Source: an uncultured delta proteobacterium (GTDB lineage: Bacteria; Desulfobacterota; Binatia; UBA9968). From it: DNA of 64,000 nucleotides. The stretch's first letter is position 1. Every line of letters starts with the position of its first letter. The stretch lies in the NCBI GenBank assembly GCA_963737905.1, contig CAVTUQ010000030.1:32001-96000 (forward strand), in the 5' to 3' direction. A program made the translations under genes and the position numbers. Positions 11,292-21,969 of the stretch are shown piece after piece. Below the pieces are notes generated by a model. The model did no database searches, was not told the DNA's origin, and was given only the letters and a program-made list of their open reading frames with translations.

Positions 11292-12242
11292 ATGCTTAGA
11301 ACACTCGATCTTCTGGCCAGTGATCCCTCCCATCTGCCCTTCCTCTTTGTATTCAAGGAGTCCGGCGTGATGGAAAAATACGGCTTCGAAATCGACCTCC
11401 ACATAGTCGGCGGGGCCAAAGCGCCGACTATGGCGCATCGCGCGAAACTCGCTTTGGCCGGCGAAATCGACTTTCTGAGCGGTTTACATCACGAGACTTA
11501 TCGAGAGCGCGCCAAGGGTGAGAAACGGCTCACCTACCTCGCTCAAGCCCAAAACAACTGGGATGACCGGCTCGTCGCGCTGCCAAAGATCCAAACCGTC
11601 CAGGACCTGAAAAACCAAAAGATCATCTGTCACGGCAAAGCGCCCTGCGTCGCCGGGAACCTGCGCGCAGTATTGGAAATCTGCGGTCTCAAACCGGAGG
11701 AGATAAACATCCAAGCCATCGAAGATTCGTCGGGCAAGTTTCTGCAATTTGTCGACCGCCTGACCTCCGGCGAAGCCGCGGCGGCGTTGGTGGACATGCC
11801 CTTCGATCTCTACGGCATCAAAAAGGGACTGAAGATCGTCGATCTGCCGGATCGGCCGGTCATCCACAATACAACTCTTTTAGCGACGACGGATTACATC
11901 AAACAAAACGAAGAAACCGTTTATGCCTTTATCAAGGGTTTCATCGAAGCCCTCCATTTCTTCAAGACCGAACCCGATAAAGTGGTCCCGATCCTCAAGA
12001 AAAACTTGGCAAAGCGCTACGGACTCGAGGAGGACGAGTATTATATTTACCTGCAGCGCGAGTGGGCGCGACTGTTATCCAAGAAACCTTATCCCCTGGC
12101 CAGCGCCATTCAAAATGTCTATGACCTCGATGTCGGCAAAGATCCCGCGATGAGAAACATCGGTCCGATGGAGCCGTGGGATTTGCATTATCTTCGCGCC
12201 ATCGACGACAGCGGCTTCATCGACAAGCTGTATGCGGCCTAG
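11292..12242 (+). CDS. NMT1/THI5/SsuA-fold protein without signal peptide
   Basis: Periplasmic-binding-protein type 2 features (EKYGFEIDL, FIKGFIEA, C-terminal IDDSGFIDKLY); no hydrophobic N-terminus. Confidence 0.8.
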   Translation: MLRTLDLLASDPSHLPFLFVFKESGVMEKYGFEIDLHIVGGAKAPTMAHRAKLALAGEIDFLSGLHHETYRERAKGEKRLTYLAQAQNNWDDRLVALPKIQTVQDLKNQKIICHGKAPCVAGNLRAVLEICGLKPEEINIQAIEDSSGKFLQFVDRLTSGEAAAALVDMPFDLYGIKKGLKIVDLPDRPVIHNTTLLATTDYIKQNEETVYAFIKGFIEALHFFKTEPDKVVPILKKNLAKRYGLEEDEYYIYLQREWARLLSKKPYPLASAIQNVYDLDVGKDPAMRNIGPMEPWDLHYLRAIDDSGFIDKLYAA

Positions 12243-12364
12243 GATCGGACATCTAGCCGATCTCAGTTTTCGGCTTTCGATCATGTGCGCCGGCATGAGG
12301 GGAGCGTAGAGGCATGACCCGATCCCACACAGCCTCGTTGCTGAACATTTTTGAGTGACAACTT

Positions 12365-12843
12365 GTGCCGATCCAACTGTACCTCGACACCAACGTACTT
12401 TGTCGTCGTTCGATGATCAGGGGATCAGCAGGGTGCGCGTTGAAACTGATGCGTTCGAGCGGATTTTGGAGAAAGTAAGACGAGCCGATGCCACCCTAAT
12501 ATAGTTAGCTCCGAAATCCTAGTTTTTGAGATTCAAAGAATTATCGAACCGGCCAAGAGAGCGAAGGCTTCTGTCTATCTCCGTATGGCGCGCACTTATC
12601 ATGCCATGACGGATGAAACGCTTACCATAGCCAGAACAGTTGAAGACAGATTCAAATTGAGCTACGCGATGCACTACAATGCAGTAAGCGCGCTTTTGGA
12701 CGGGAGCGAATATTTTCTAACGTGCGACGATGGAATAACAAAGAGGTTTAAGTGATGTTCCCTTTCTGCTACCATTGGAATGCATCGCTGGATCTTGGGA
12801 GTAATGAATCCGGCAGCATTTTGTCGACACTGTGCGATGGTGA
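12365..12843 (+). pseudogene. PIN-domain (VapC-like) toxin, multiply frameshifted in this sequence
   Basis: Frame-joined translation MPIQLYLDTNVLCR(P)FDDQ...RVETDAFERIL...SSEILVFEI...DAL...YFLTCDD...VMNP matches the YLD...RPFDDQ PIN subfamily. Confidence 0.8.
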
Positions 12844-12846
12844 TCT

Positions 12847-13056
12847 ATGAGCAAAGCCGCTACGAAGGTCGAGGAAGCAGTGATTAGAGAAGCTGGGATA
12901 CTCTTGTGAAAAAGATGGGTGCAGCCAAGGCAACCACTTCCTAGTAGCTTTGAGCGTGGTGAAGGAGACTCTGTCAAAGAAATCAAGCGTTTCTGGCGCG
13001 GAAAGTCTCTCGATGAGATTTATCGCCAGGTAAAGCGAGCGAAGATCGCTTTCTAA
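12847..13056 (+). pseudogene. Small putative antitoxin partner of the PIN toxin (frameshifted)
   Basis: Frame-joined MSKAATKVEEAVIREAWDTLVKKMGAAKAT.FL..FERGEGDSVKEIKRFWRGKSLDEIYRQVK; about 70 aa, directly after the PIN gene. Confidence 0.6.
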
Positions 13057-13073
13057 GTTTCCCTCCATCATCA

Positions 13074-16000
13074 ATGGCCAGCGAAACTGGCAAACTCTTT
13101 CCGTCTAACAACGTCGGTCTCTTCTCTGACTATTTCCTGAGCAAGAGACTACCCGCCGAGTCCCGCTATGGAGTAGCGAAAAACTAGCTGCCGAGAACTG
13201 CCTCGCAAAGATCCTCGCCCAGTACAAGAAGTTCACCGCCACCTACAAATCCCCCAACGAGGCGCAAACGGAAGATGATTTTATCCGTCCCGTTTTGGCG
13301 CTACTTGGCTATTCCTACATCGTACAGACCTCGCTCAAACATAAAGGAAAAAGCAACCAGCCTGACTACGCTCTCTTCCCCGACGACAGGACGAAGAAAG
13401 AGGCCGGTTCTTTCAAAGTCAAAGAACAAGAAGCTTTCTACGGGAAGGCATTGGCCATTTGTGACGCTAAGTATTGGGGGCGCCCGTTAGATATCAAGCT
13501 TAGCGACAAAAAGGACACTTTCACGAATATCAATCCCAGTTTCCAGATCGTCAATTACCTCGTCGGCGCCAACGTCGATTGGGGCATCCTAACCAACGGT
13601 AGACTCTGGCGTCTTTACTACCAAAAGGCATCGTCGCGCTCATCGACTTTCTACGAGGTTGACCTAGAAGAGCTCCTCCTGAAGGGTGACTCGGAACGAT
13701 TTCTTTACTTCTATCTCTTCTTCCGTAAAGAGGCGTTGCTCAAAGATAGCCAGGGCAAAACTTTTTTAGAAAATGTCCTCGAAGGTTCGACCAATTATGC
13801 CTCCGAGTTAAGCGACAGCTTAAAAGACAAAGTCTTTGACAAAATTTTCCCCCACCTAGCGCGCGGCTTCGTACACTATCGCAAGAAAGAACTAGGCGTG
13901 CAGACGGAGACTGATGAGTCACTGAAGGAGACTTACAGCGCCACCCTAACCCTTCTGTATCGACTTCTCTTCATTCTCTATGCCGAGGCCCGCGACCTGC
14001 TGCCAGTAGAAGAACAAGCATACCACCATTATAGCCTAACCAGATTTAAGCAAAGAGTGGCGGAATTACGCGACAAAAGATCAACATTGACTGAGCTTTC
14101 AACTGATCTTTGGAGCGATTTGGACACTCTGTTTAAGATCATTGATGTCGGTGACGCTAAACTGAACGTTCCCACTTACAACGGAGGTCTTTTTAGCCAA
14201 AAGAATCCGAAAAATGATTTCCTGAAGAAAAACAGGGTGCCTGACCCATGGCTCGCTGAGGCACTCGATTATCTCACTCGCGACATTGACAAGGAAAGCA
14301 GCAAGCCACACTTCATCGACTACAGCGAGTTAGAGGTACGCCACCTGGGAAGCATCTATGAAGGCCTGCTGGAATTTCACCTGATGATGGCCCAGGAGGA
14401 CAAAGGTGTCGTCAAAGAGAAAGGGCGAGAAGTTTATAAGCCGGTCAGTGATGTCCAGAATCCAAAGGAGATCGTTAAGAAAGGAGAACTTTACCTAGAG
14501 AATGACAAGCATCAAAGGAAAAGTACCGGCAGCTATTACACGCCTGACTACATCGTCAAATACATTGTTCAGAATACCGTCGGGCCGGTTCTGGAAGAGA
14601 AAATGAAGAAGGGCGAGAAGCTCTTCGGGGAGATCGCGTTGTTAAGAGCCAAGGCCAAGCGAGCCACCGGCGCAAAGAGAATCTTGGCTCAGGAGCAACA
14701 AAAAGAGGGAAGCAGCCGATGAGCTGTTCTCTTTAAAGATTCTCGACCCGGCGATGGGCAGCGGCCATTTTCTAGTGGAAACCGTTGATTTCCTGTCCGA
14801 CCACATCATCAAGTTTTTGACGGATCACCCCGACAACCCGGTTTTGGAAGAGATTGAAAATCTTCGTTCTACGATTCTAATAGACCTCAAGAAAAAAGGC
14901 ATCGATATAGACGAGCAAAGGCTTACCCCTACCAATCTCGTCAGGCGCATGGTTATGAAGCGTTGCATTTATGGCGTGGATCTAAATCCAATGGCTGTCG
15001 AGCTTGCCAAGCTCTCTCTGTGGCTTCACTCCTTCACCCTTGGTGCCCCGCTCTCCTTCCTCGACCATCATTTGAAATGCGGAAACAGTTTGATAGGGAC
15101 AACTGTAAACAGGGTCAAAACATCCATGCAGGAAAAAAAGGAGAGCGAGGAAACGACTATAGCGGACTGGGAAGGCCAAGAGCGAACCTACTCTGGTCAA
15201 TCATCTCTTTTCCTCTTTGGATCGCACTTCGCTGGGCTTCTGTCGGCCACAGAGTTGATGCAACAAGTGGGGGAACTAACAGACTCTACGTTCGAAGAGG
15301 TTCAAGAGAGCCAACAGAAATACGAAAAAGCCGCCGAGGCCCTGAAGCCTTTCAAACTCATGCTTAACCTCTGGACTAGCGAATATTTCGGCAACAAAGA
15401 CGCCCAACGCTTTCTCACCCATGGTGGCGACATAGAGGCTTTTCAAAAGAGCACGAATCGACTACCGGAAAAGACAAAAGCTCTTCGAGAAATCAGTGAC
15501 ACCCTCTCTGAGAGCAGAAGCTTCTTTCACTGGGAGCTGGAATTCCCGGAGGTCTTCTATAAAGGGACACGTGAAAAGGAAAACGCCGGCTTCGATGTAA
15601 TCATTGGCAATCCACCCTGGGGAGCTGCGTTGGAAAACAATGAGAAGAAATATCTTGGATCGGTTTATCCAACAACCGCTAAGAATTTTGACACCTACGT
15701 GGCCATGATCGAGAAGAACGTGGGAATACTGAGGAGCGCAGGCACGTTAGGGTTTATTATACCTAATGCTTGGCTAACCGGGGTTTCATACATCCCACTT
15801 AGAAGATTTTTGCTTATAAACGGAGTCCTGCTTGATTTTGTGAATCTTCCGTATGACGTTTTCTCCGACGCTTACGTCGACAGTGCCACCATAGTCTTTG
15901 AAAAGCGCGATCCCAGCGCGAATCCAATCTTTGGCAAAGTAAGAGTTATCAATTTCGGTAAACGAGATCGTGTCACAGACATTAATCTCCACGTGTCGAA

Positions 16001-17150
16001 ACGAGTCTATTTAGACTATGGTGTTTGGGCAAACGACCCGTACCTTGCTTTCCGAATATCTCTCTCCTCAGGCGACTACTCGATTGAGAAGAAGCTATCG
16101 GACAACGTTGTCCCGCTACAAAGCATCGCGGAAATTGACCGCGGGTTAGAGGCCTACAGCAAGTATCGGCAGTCTCCGGATGAAATAGGACGAAAAATAT
16201 ACCATTCCGCCTCTAAAATTGGAGAGTCCTACATTAAACAATTTCAAGGCACTCTACGGAGATATATACTCTCCGAAGATGGAGAACTCTGGGTGAAGTG
16301 GGGATCACATCTTGCGGAGTCTCCGGCAATCGAATTCTTTGAGAAACCAAGAATTCTGCTTCGGCGCCTAATCAGCAGACAGTTTCGTATAATGGCGACA
16401 TTTACCGAGGACAAATTTGCCAACGATTCCTCGACCTTTGATATAATTCTAAGAGACGAACGCTACAACTTGTTCTTTGTTCTCGCTATACTTAATTCAA
16501 CTCTTTTTTCCCATTTCCAAGTCAAAAGATCTCAACTCGCCCAGAGAGATGATTTCCCAAAACTCTCCCTTGAAGAGGCTCGAACCTTCCCCATCCGGAA
16601 CATCACGTTTCAAACATCGTCAAAGCAACGAGCGAATCTTTTGGAAAAAAGCAAATCTCTTTACGGGCGTTGCATGGCCAAGAGTGATTTTCTCTGTGTG
16701 ACCGGGTTCGTGGAGCATTGTTTAAAACAAAAGCCGGAACAGACAGACGTGGTGCATGACCTCTTAGCGTTTTTGGCACAGCGAATGATAGAGCTAAACA
16801 AACAGGTCCTGACAGAGACGAAAGGATTCTTGCATTGGCTGGAGATAACGATCGGCGCAAAGGTCGATGCGCTTAAAAACAAGACCAAACTCTTCGCTTA
16901 TCACGACGGGAGCCTAGAGGAACTGCTGGAGGTAGTAAAGGAAAACCGAAGGATCCTCAAAATCAATCCTGCTAGCAAAGAGTTTTTTGATCCACTTAAA
17001 GATGCCTTTGAAAAAAGTTTGGCGAAACTTTCGCCCCTTAAAAAGAGCATTACTACAACCGACCACCTCATTGACCTGATTGTTTACAGACTCTACGGCT
17101 TAACTGACGAGGAAGCTAAGCTAGTGAAAAATGAAGCTGAATCGCCATGA
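13074..17150 (+). CDS. Fused Type IIG (Eco57I-like) restriction endonuclease / N6-adenine methyltransferase, split by two single-base indels near 13163 and 14705
   Basis: N-terminal LFSDYFL and NEAQTEDDFIRPV; nuclease PDYALF...ICDAK; LYRLLFILYAEAR, YNGGLF, LGSIYEGLLE, GSYYTP; motif I ILDPAMGSGHF, motif IV GNPPW; C-terminal TaqI-like target-recognition region. Confidence 0.92.
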
Positions 17151-17698
17151 TCCATAGAGCGTCTCTGACCTTCGCTATTGTTGCTCTTTTTGTGGCCAAT
17201 TTGATTGGGTCGCTCTTCGCAGCCGAAAACAAGGGGGCTCATATGGAACTGAAAAGCTCCGCTTTCACGGAGAGCGCCAACATCCCGCGCAAGCACACCT
17301 GCGATGCTGAAGATGTCTCTCCCCTACTCAGATGGGACGACGTTCCGGCGGGGACTAAAGCCTTTGCCCTGATTGCCGACGATCCGGACGCGCCGGGCGG
17401 CACCTGGGTTCACTGGGTTATTTACGATCTACCGGCAGAAACGAAAGAGCTGGCAGAAGGCACAGCCAAAACTGAGACGTTAGAGCGCGGAGCTAAACAG
17501 GGAATAAACGACTTCCGGCGAGTCGGCTACAGTGGACCATGCCCTCCGCCGGGCTTACCGCATCGTTATTTCTTCAAACTTTATGCTTTGGACGCACCGA
17601 CTAATTTAAAACCGCGCGCGACAAAGCAGCAGCTACTCGACGCCATGAAAGGACACATTCTGGGCGAAGCCCAACTCATGGGGGGCTACGGTCGATGA
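17147..17698 (+). CDS. YbhB/YbcL family (PEBP/RKIP-like) protein
   Basis: DDPDAPGGTWVHW, GPCPPPG and HRYFFKLYALD motifs. Confidence 0.95.
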   Translation: MIHRASLTFAIVALFVANLIGSLFAAENKGAHMELKSSAFTESANIPRKHTCDAEDVSPLLRWDDVPAGTKAFALIADDPDAPGGTWVHWVIYDLPAETKELAEGTAKTETLERGAKQGINDFRRVGYSGPCPPPGLPHRYFFKLYALDAPTNLKPRATKQQLLDAMKGHILGEAQLMGGYGR

Positions 17699-18085
17699 CC
17701 GACTTCCGCGAAAACACCCGTTGTGAAGGCCGCTTTTCTATTTACACAGCTGGAGAGCAATGTCGTTGAATGCGATTGGCTCCGACATTTACCAGAGGTA
17801 AAGAAGATGTGAGTCGGCGCTCATGAATAGCGTACCGAACGAAAGATATCTGAAATTTAGGTGTCGAAGAGAAGAAAAAGTTCCAAGTCGAAACCGTCGC
17901 GCTAAGGCATCAACGTCGCTTTTCTCCGTGCAGAGTGGTCGAATCGTCCACCGCGATTGATCCCTTGTGAGGCATACATCTTTCTACGAATTTGGCTATG
18001 GACACACTTGACAGCGACAGCACGGCGGGGGAGCGGAGTTGAAGGGTTCGGTGGATGAAAAATCTAAAACTCGGCTAGGCGCTGG

Positions 18086-18943
18086 TTAGTTCGTTTTAGC
18101 GACGAACGTCACATCATCCCGGCGAACATAGCCGGTGGGATTGCTGCGCCTCGACCTCACTTCCAGCCAATCACCGAGGGAGCGGACGACATTGACCCGG
18201 GTTCCTTTGGTGATCTGAGACAAGACGCGTGAAGATGCAGAGGGCCCTTCGTAAACCGAGGTTGCGCGGAGGGTTTGGTAAACTCCCAGCTCAGCCGCAC
18301 TGCGCGCGCCCTCGGACCGACTCGATGACGGGCTCGGCTCTGCCGGACGCGGCGAAGCCTTTGCTGCCGGCGCTACCTTGGTCGCCGCCAATCGCTCCGT
18401 CTCCCGCACCGTGCGAGTCAATTTTTGCTGGGTTGACGCTAGATTCTTTTGGCTTTCCTGGAGCTTTTTTTTGAGCTCGACAAGCTGAGTCGAATTCTGG
18501 GCCAGCTCCTTTCGCGCTTGAGCCAGTTCAGCTTCCAAGGTTTGAATCTTTTGGTCCTTGTCCCTGAGCTGCGCTAGTTTCTCTTCGAGCAACGATTGCG
18601 ATTCACTGCGCTGGCGCTGTCCACCGATCAAAAAGACGCCGATACCGAAAACCAGCAAACCCGCGATCAAGATCGCTTTCGACGTGATCGAGGTCTTGGG
18701 CTTCTTGGACCTTAGACGCGCTTCCATAATATCGGATTCTCGCGTCGGCCATTCTGGAGCGACAGTTGAGCTCAGATCTGCTTTGCAGTACGGACACCTT
18801 AGGGCGTCCTCGGCAATGCTATTGGCGCAGTGGGGACATAGCTTCGTACGAATTCCTCCCTTGGTGACTAAAGATTTGCCGTCCTTTGGGCAAACACTCA
18901 TTTTGTCGTCGTATTCGGTGAAGCATTGCGGGCACCGCTTCAT
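18086..18943 (-). CDS. Zinc-ribbon, TM, coiled-coil and C-terminal SH3b domain protein
   Basis: CPQC/CPKD/CPHC/CPYC knuckles, TM ILIAGLLVFGIGVFLIGG, heptad-rich region, and GTRVNVV...GDWLEVR...GYVRR SH3b. Confidence 0.8.
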   Translation of the reverse strand: MKRCPQCFTEYDDKMSVCPKDGKSLVTKGGIRTKLCPHCANSIAEDALRCPYCKADLSSTVAPEWPTRESDIMEARLRSKKPKTSITSKAILIAGLLVFGIGVFLIGGQRQRSESQSLLEEKLAQLRDKDQKIQTLEAELAQARKELAQNSTQLVELKKKLQESQKNLASTQQKLTRTVRETERLAATKVAPAAKASPRPAEPSPSSSRSEGARSAAELGVYQTLRATSVYEGPSASSRVLSQITKGTRVNVVRSLGDWLEVRSRRSNPTGYVRRDDVTFVAKTN

Positions 18944-19086
18944 GGGAATTATTCTGAATATAATACGTTTGTCCGTCAAGAGGAATCGCCGACGTCAAGT
19001 CGACTTTCGAATGAAACTTGCTCAGGCCATCCGCAACTTGCCCTACCAGCACCCTTAAGCTATAGAACCCTGGGAGGAAAAAAATC

Positions 19087-20028
19087 ATGGCTCTCATCAT
19101 AAGCGAAGCGCAGACCAGAAAACTCATCGACATGCAGGTGGCCTTAAAGCTCGTCGACGGAATGTTTCGTGCCCGCGCCGCCGGAAAGGTGCGCAGTGTA
19201 CCGCGGCGCCGGCTCAAAGGAAGCGAAAAACAGCTCAACATGATGGCGGCATGGCAAGCCGACTGGGACTGGATTTGCTTGCGTGCTTACGCCGGAGCCT
19301 CTAATACCATCACCCTTTACAACGGACGCACGGGCCAGATCCAAGCCATCATCGACATGGGCTATCTCAGTAGCCTCCGCACAGGCGCGGCCACCGGAGT
19401 CGCGGCGAAATATCTCGCCCCGCCCACGGCAAAAACACTAGGCGTGATCGGACCCGGCTGGCAGGCGACCTTTCAAGTCGAAGCGGTTGCGAACTCATGT
19501 CCCATTAAGGAGATTGTGGTCTATGGCCGAAATTCGAAGAGACGAAAAGAATTCATCCGGCAGATGAACAAAGTGATCAAAGCCGATTGGAAGGAAGCGG
19601 ACACGGTCGACGAAGTGGAAGCCGCGTCGGATATTTTAGTCGTGTCGACGGACTCGTCGACGCCGGTGGCCACGGGCGCGACCCTAAGAGACGAAGCCTT
19701 GGTCGCATCTATTGGCGCCAACGCAATGGTGAAGCATGAGGTTTCGAACAATCTCATTCGCCACATGGATTTGATCGTGACCGACGACCTTGCCGCCGCC
19801 AGAGCCGACAGCGGCGATCTCGTCGAGGCTTGCCAAACCCGCATTGCCCGGTGGGAAGACATCGTCCCCCTGGAGAAAATCGTCGCCGAAGGCGTGCCCC
19901 AACCAAGACCCAAACGGATCTTCTTTCAATCCAACGGCATCGCCGATGAGGATCTGGCCGTGGGCCGCTATGTACTGGAACAAGCAAAGAAGAAAAAACT
20001 CAAAATGAAACGCATCACAGAGATCTAG
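19087..20028 (+). CDS. Ornithine cyclodeaminase/mu-crystallin family protein
   Basis: [24 protein letters not shown] Rossmann motif, [10 protein letters not shown]. Confidence 0.9.
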   Translation: MALIISEAQTRKLIDMQVALKLVDGMFRARAAGKVRSVPRRRLKGSEKQLNMMAAWQADWDWICLRAYAGASNTITLYNGRTGQIQAIIDMGYLSSLRTGAATGVAAKYLAPPTAKTLGVIGPGWQATFQVEAVANSCPIKEIVVYGRNSKRRKEFIRQMNKVIKADWKEADTVDEVEAASDILVVSTDSSTPVATGATLRDEALVASIGANAMVKHEVSNNLIRHMDLIVTDDLAAARADSGDLVEACQTRIARWEDIVPLEKIVAEGVPQPRPKRIFFQSNGIADEDLAVGRYVLEQAKKKKLKMKRITEI

Positions 20029-20039
20029 AGGCGCCACGC

Positions 20040-21116
20040 ATGCCTATCTTCGATGGCGAACTCGGGCTTCAATTCGTCACGCACCTTGCCAATCAGTACA
20101 CCGTGCCGGATCTCGTTCGTTTAGCCCAGCTGGCAACAGATAGGGGTTTCGAACAGATCTGGGTTAACGACAACATTCGTTACCGCGGACAGATGGTCGT
20201 TCTCACCGCCATCGCGTCTCATGTGCCCATACGCGTGGGTACCGCCATCATGGTACCTTATTTTCACAATCCCCTGGACGTCGCGGATTCCTTAGCGGCG
20301 CTGTCCGAGTTATGCGAGGGAAAGGAAATTAGCATCGGCATCGCGCGCGGCGATCTGGGACAATCGCCGCAACATGTTCAGGCGTTGAAGCCCGTGGCCA
20401 TGGTGGACGAAACAGTTCGTTTCCTGCGCCGGGCGCTGGCGGGCGAGGAAATCGCCTACGGAGACTATCCGTTCTTGCAGGACTTCTACCGTCTCAATCC
20501 AAACGGAAAATTCCGACTCGCTTTCGAGCCGAAAGCTGCGTTCAAGTTTTACGGCGGCGGCAACGGCCCGCAAGCGCTCCGCATGTGCGGCCGTGTGATG
20601 GACGGGTTGATCAGCTCGGGGACCTACATTCCTATGCTCAAAGCTGGCAGGCTTCCGGGAATGCTCGCAGCCGCGGACAAAGCAGCGACGGAACTCGATC
20701 CGACCAAGCGCCTGCGTAAAATTTGCGAACTGAATGTCTCAATATCACGGAACCGCGAGCAAGCGATCGAATTCCCCAAGCGTCAGGTTTCCCACTCGAT
20801 CTTGCAATGGGAAGCTTTGGGGTTCACGGCCAAAGAGTATGCGCAATTAGGCGTGGACCGCGAGAAGGTCTTAAAGCTAAAAGAGGCTTATGCCGCGGGA
20901 GCGACCGTCGAAGAGGCATCTAAGCTCGTTACCGAACATATGGTGAAAACATATTACGCGGCCGGCACCCCGGAGGAAGTCAAAGACCAGATCATCGAAT
21001 TAGTGGGCGCCGCGGGCCGCCTCGGCTACCATCACGTCGCGTTCGCCAAGCTCGGCCCCGATTATGAAGAGGCGATCGAACTGCTCGCAAATGAAGTCGT
21101 CCCTGCGTTGAAGTAG
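20040..21116 (+). CDS. LLM-class flavin (possibly F420)-dependent oxidoreductase
   Basis: LAQLATDRGFEQIWVND, IRVGTAIMVPY, GIARG and AGTPEEV luciferase-like motifs. Confidence 0.88.
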   Translation: MPIFDGELGLQFVTHLANQYTVPDLVRLAQLATDRGFEQIWVNDNIRYRGQMVVLTAIASHVPIRVGTAIMVPYFHNPLDVADSLAALSELCEGKEISIGIARGDLGQSPQHVQALKPVAMVDETVRFLRRALAGEEIAYGDYPFLQDFYRLNPNGKFRLAFEPKAAFKFYGGGNGPQALRMCGRVMDGLISSGTYIPMLKAGRLPGMLAAADKAATELDPTKRLRKICELNVSISRNREQAIEFPKRQVSHSILQWEALGFTAKEYAQLGVDREKVLKLKEAYAAGATVEEASKLVTEHMVKTYYAAGTPEEVKDQIIELVGAAGRLGYHHVAFAKLGPDYEEAIELLANEVVPALK

Positions 21117-21163
21117 GTGACACTCCCCCGCGATGACCCACTCACGCAGGCACGGTGCCCTCC

Positions 21164-21919
21164 CTAGGTTTTCTGAAACGCCAATACAAAGCGATCGTCT
21201 TGGTTCCGCTGCTTGTTGACGTTGAAATCGCGCGTATCCCCAGGTTTGCGCAGCATTGTCCCTTCCTTGGCTAGGGTAAAACCTGAACCCGTGACTTCTT
21301 TGATCACTAATGCTTTGTCGATACGATGGAGCGTTTTTACCGCTTCATTGCCGGTGCCGTCTTTAGCCGAGTGATCCACGACGCCGTAAATCCCGCCACG
21401 TTTCAGAGCACCGTAAATTCTTTTGTTCATCGCGATTCGAACGTCGGGAGCTAGGTCATGGTAGTTTAAATGAATGATCACGAAGTCGAGCGATCCGTCT
21501 TGAGGCAGCGCGATCTTTTCGAAAGGACCATCGACAATCCGTACATTTGCGTAAATCGGTTGTTTCCAGCGGTCAGTGAATTCTGGCCGCGAACCGGGGT
21601 TCGTGGAATAGACCACTCCCTCTGGTCCGACCACCTGCGAAAGAATTGCGGTGTAGTATCCGCGGGCCGCCCAGATATCGGCCACCTTGTCGCCTTTCTT
21701 GACGCCGTAAAAAGCCAATACTTCGCTCGGTTTCCGCGCCGCGTCTAGGGCACGTTCCGTGTCGGGCCTTTCCGAATTTGTCAGAGCGGCTGTATAATCC
21801 TGCGATCTATTTTCCGATCTCTCGGCAGTCGAACAAGCAGCTACAAACAAAATCGATGAGATTCCTATCCACGCATAGATTCTGATCAGACCCTGTTTGC
21901 CCATAGATGACTCCTTCAT
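21164..21919 (-). CDS. Exported predicted class I SAM-dependent methyltransferase (lipoprotein-like)
   Basis: D.ARKPSEVLAFYGVKKGDKVAD...GYYT, YHD, LKRGG...VVDH, LHRID and DRFVL motifs; VAAC lipobox-like site. Confidence 0.85.
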   Translation of the reverse strand: MKESSMGKQGLIRIYAWIGISSILFVAACSTAERSENRSQDYTAALTNSERPDTERALDAARKPSEVLAFYGVKKGDKVADIWAARGYYTAILSQVVGPEGVVYSTNPGSRPEFTDRWKQPIYANVRIVDGPFEKIALPQDGSLDFVIIHLNYHDLAPDVRIAMNKRIYGALKRGGIYGVVDHSAKDGTGNEAVKTLHRIDKALVIKEVTGSGFTLAKEGTMLRKPGDTRDFNVNKQRNQDDRFVLAFQKT

Positions 21920-21969
21920 TAGTCGTTAGACCCGGACTAGATTCTCTCTACTCAAACATAAGGTTCTGT

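Noticed and set aside
13074-17150. BREX PglX or DISARM methylase; programmed frameshifting
   Set aside because: No brxC, pglZ or drm genes are nearby and the protein has its own N-terminal nuclease motif. The frame breaks match the indel pattern seen in unrelated genes.
17699-18085. 390-bp intergenic region as a possible ncRNA
   Set aside because: No convincing stems, repeats or known RNA motifs found by eye.
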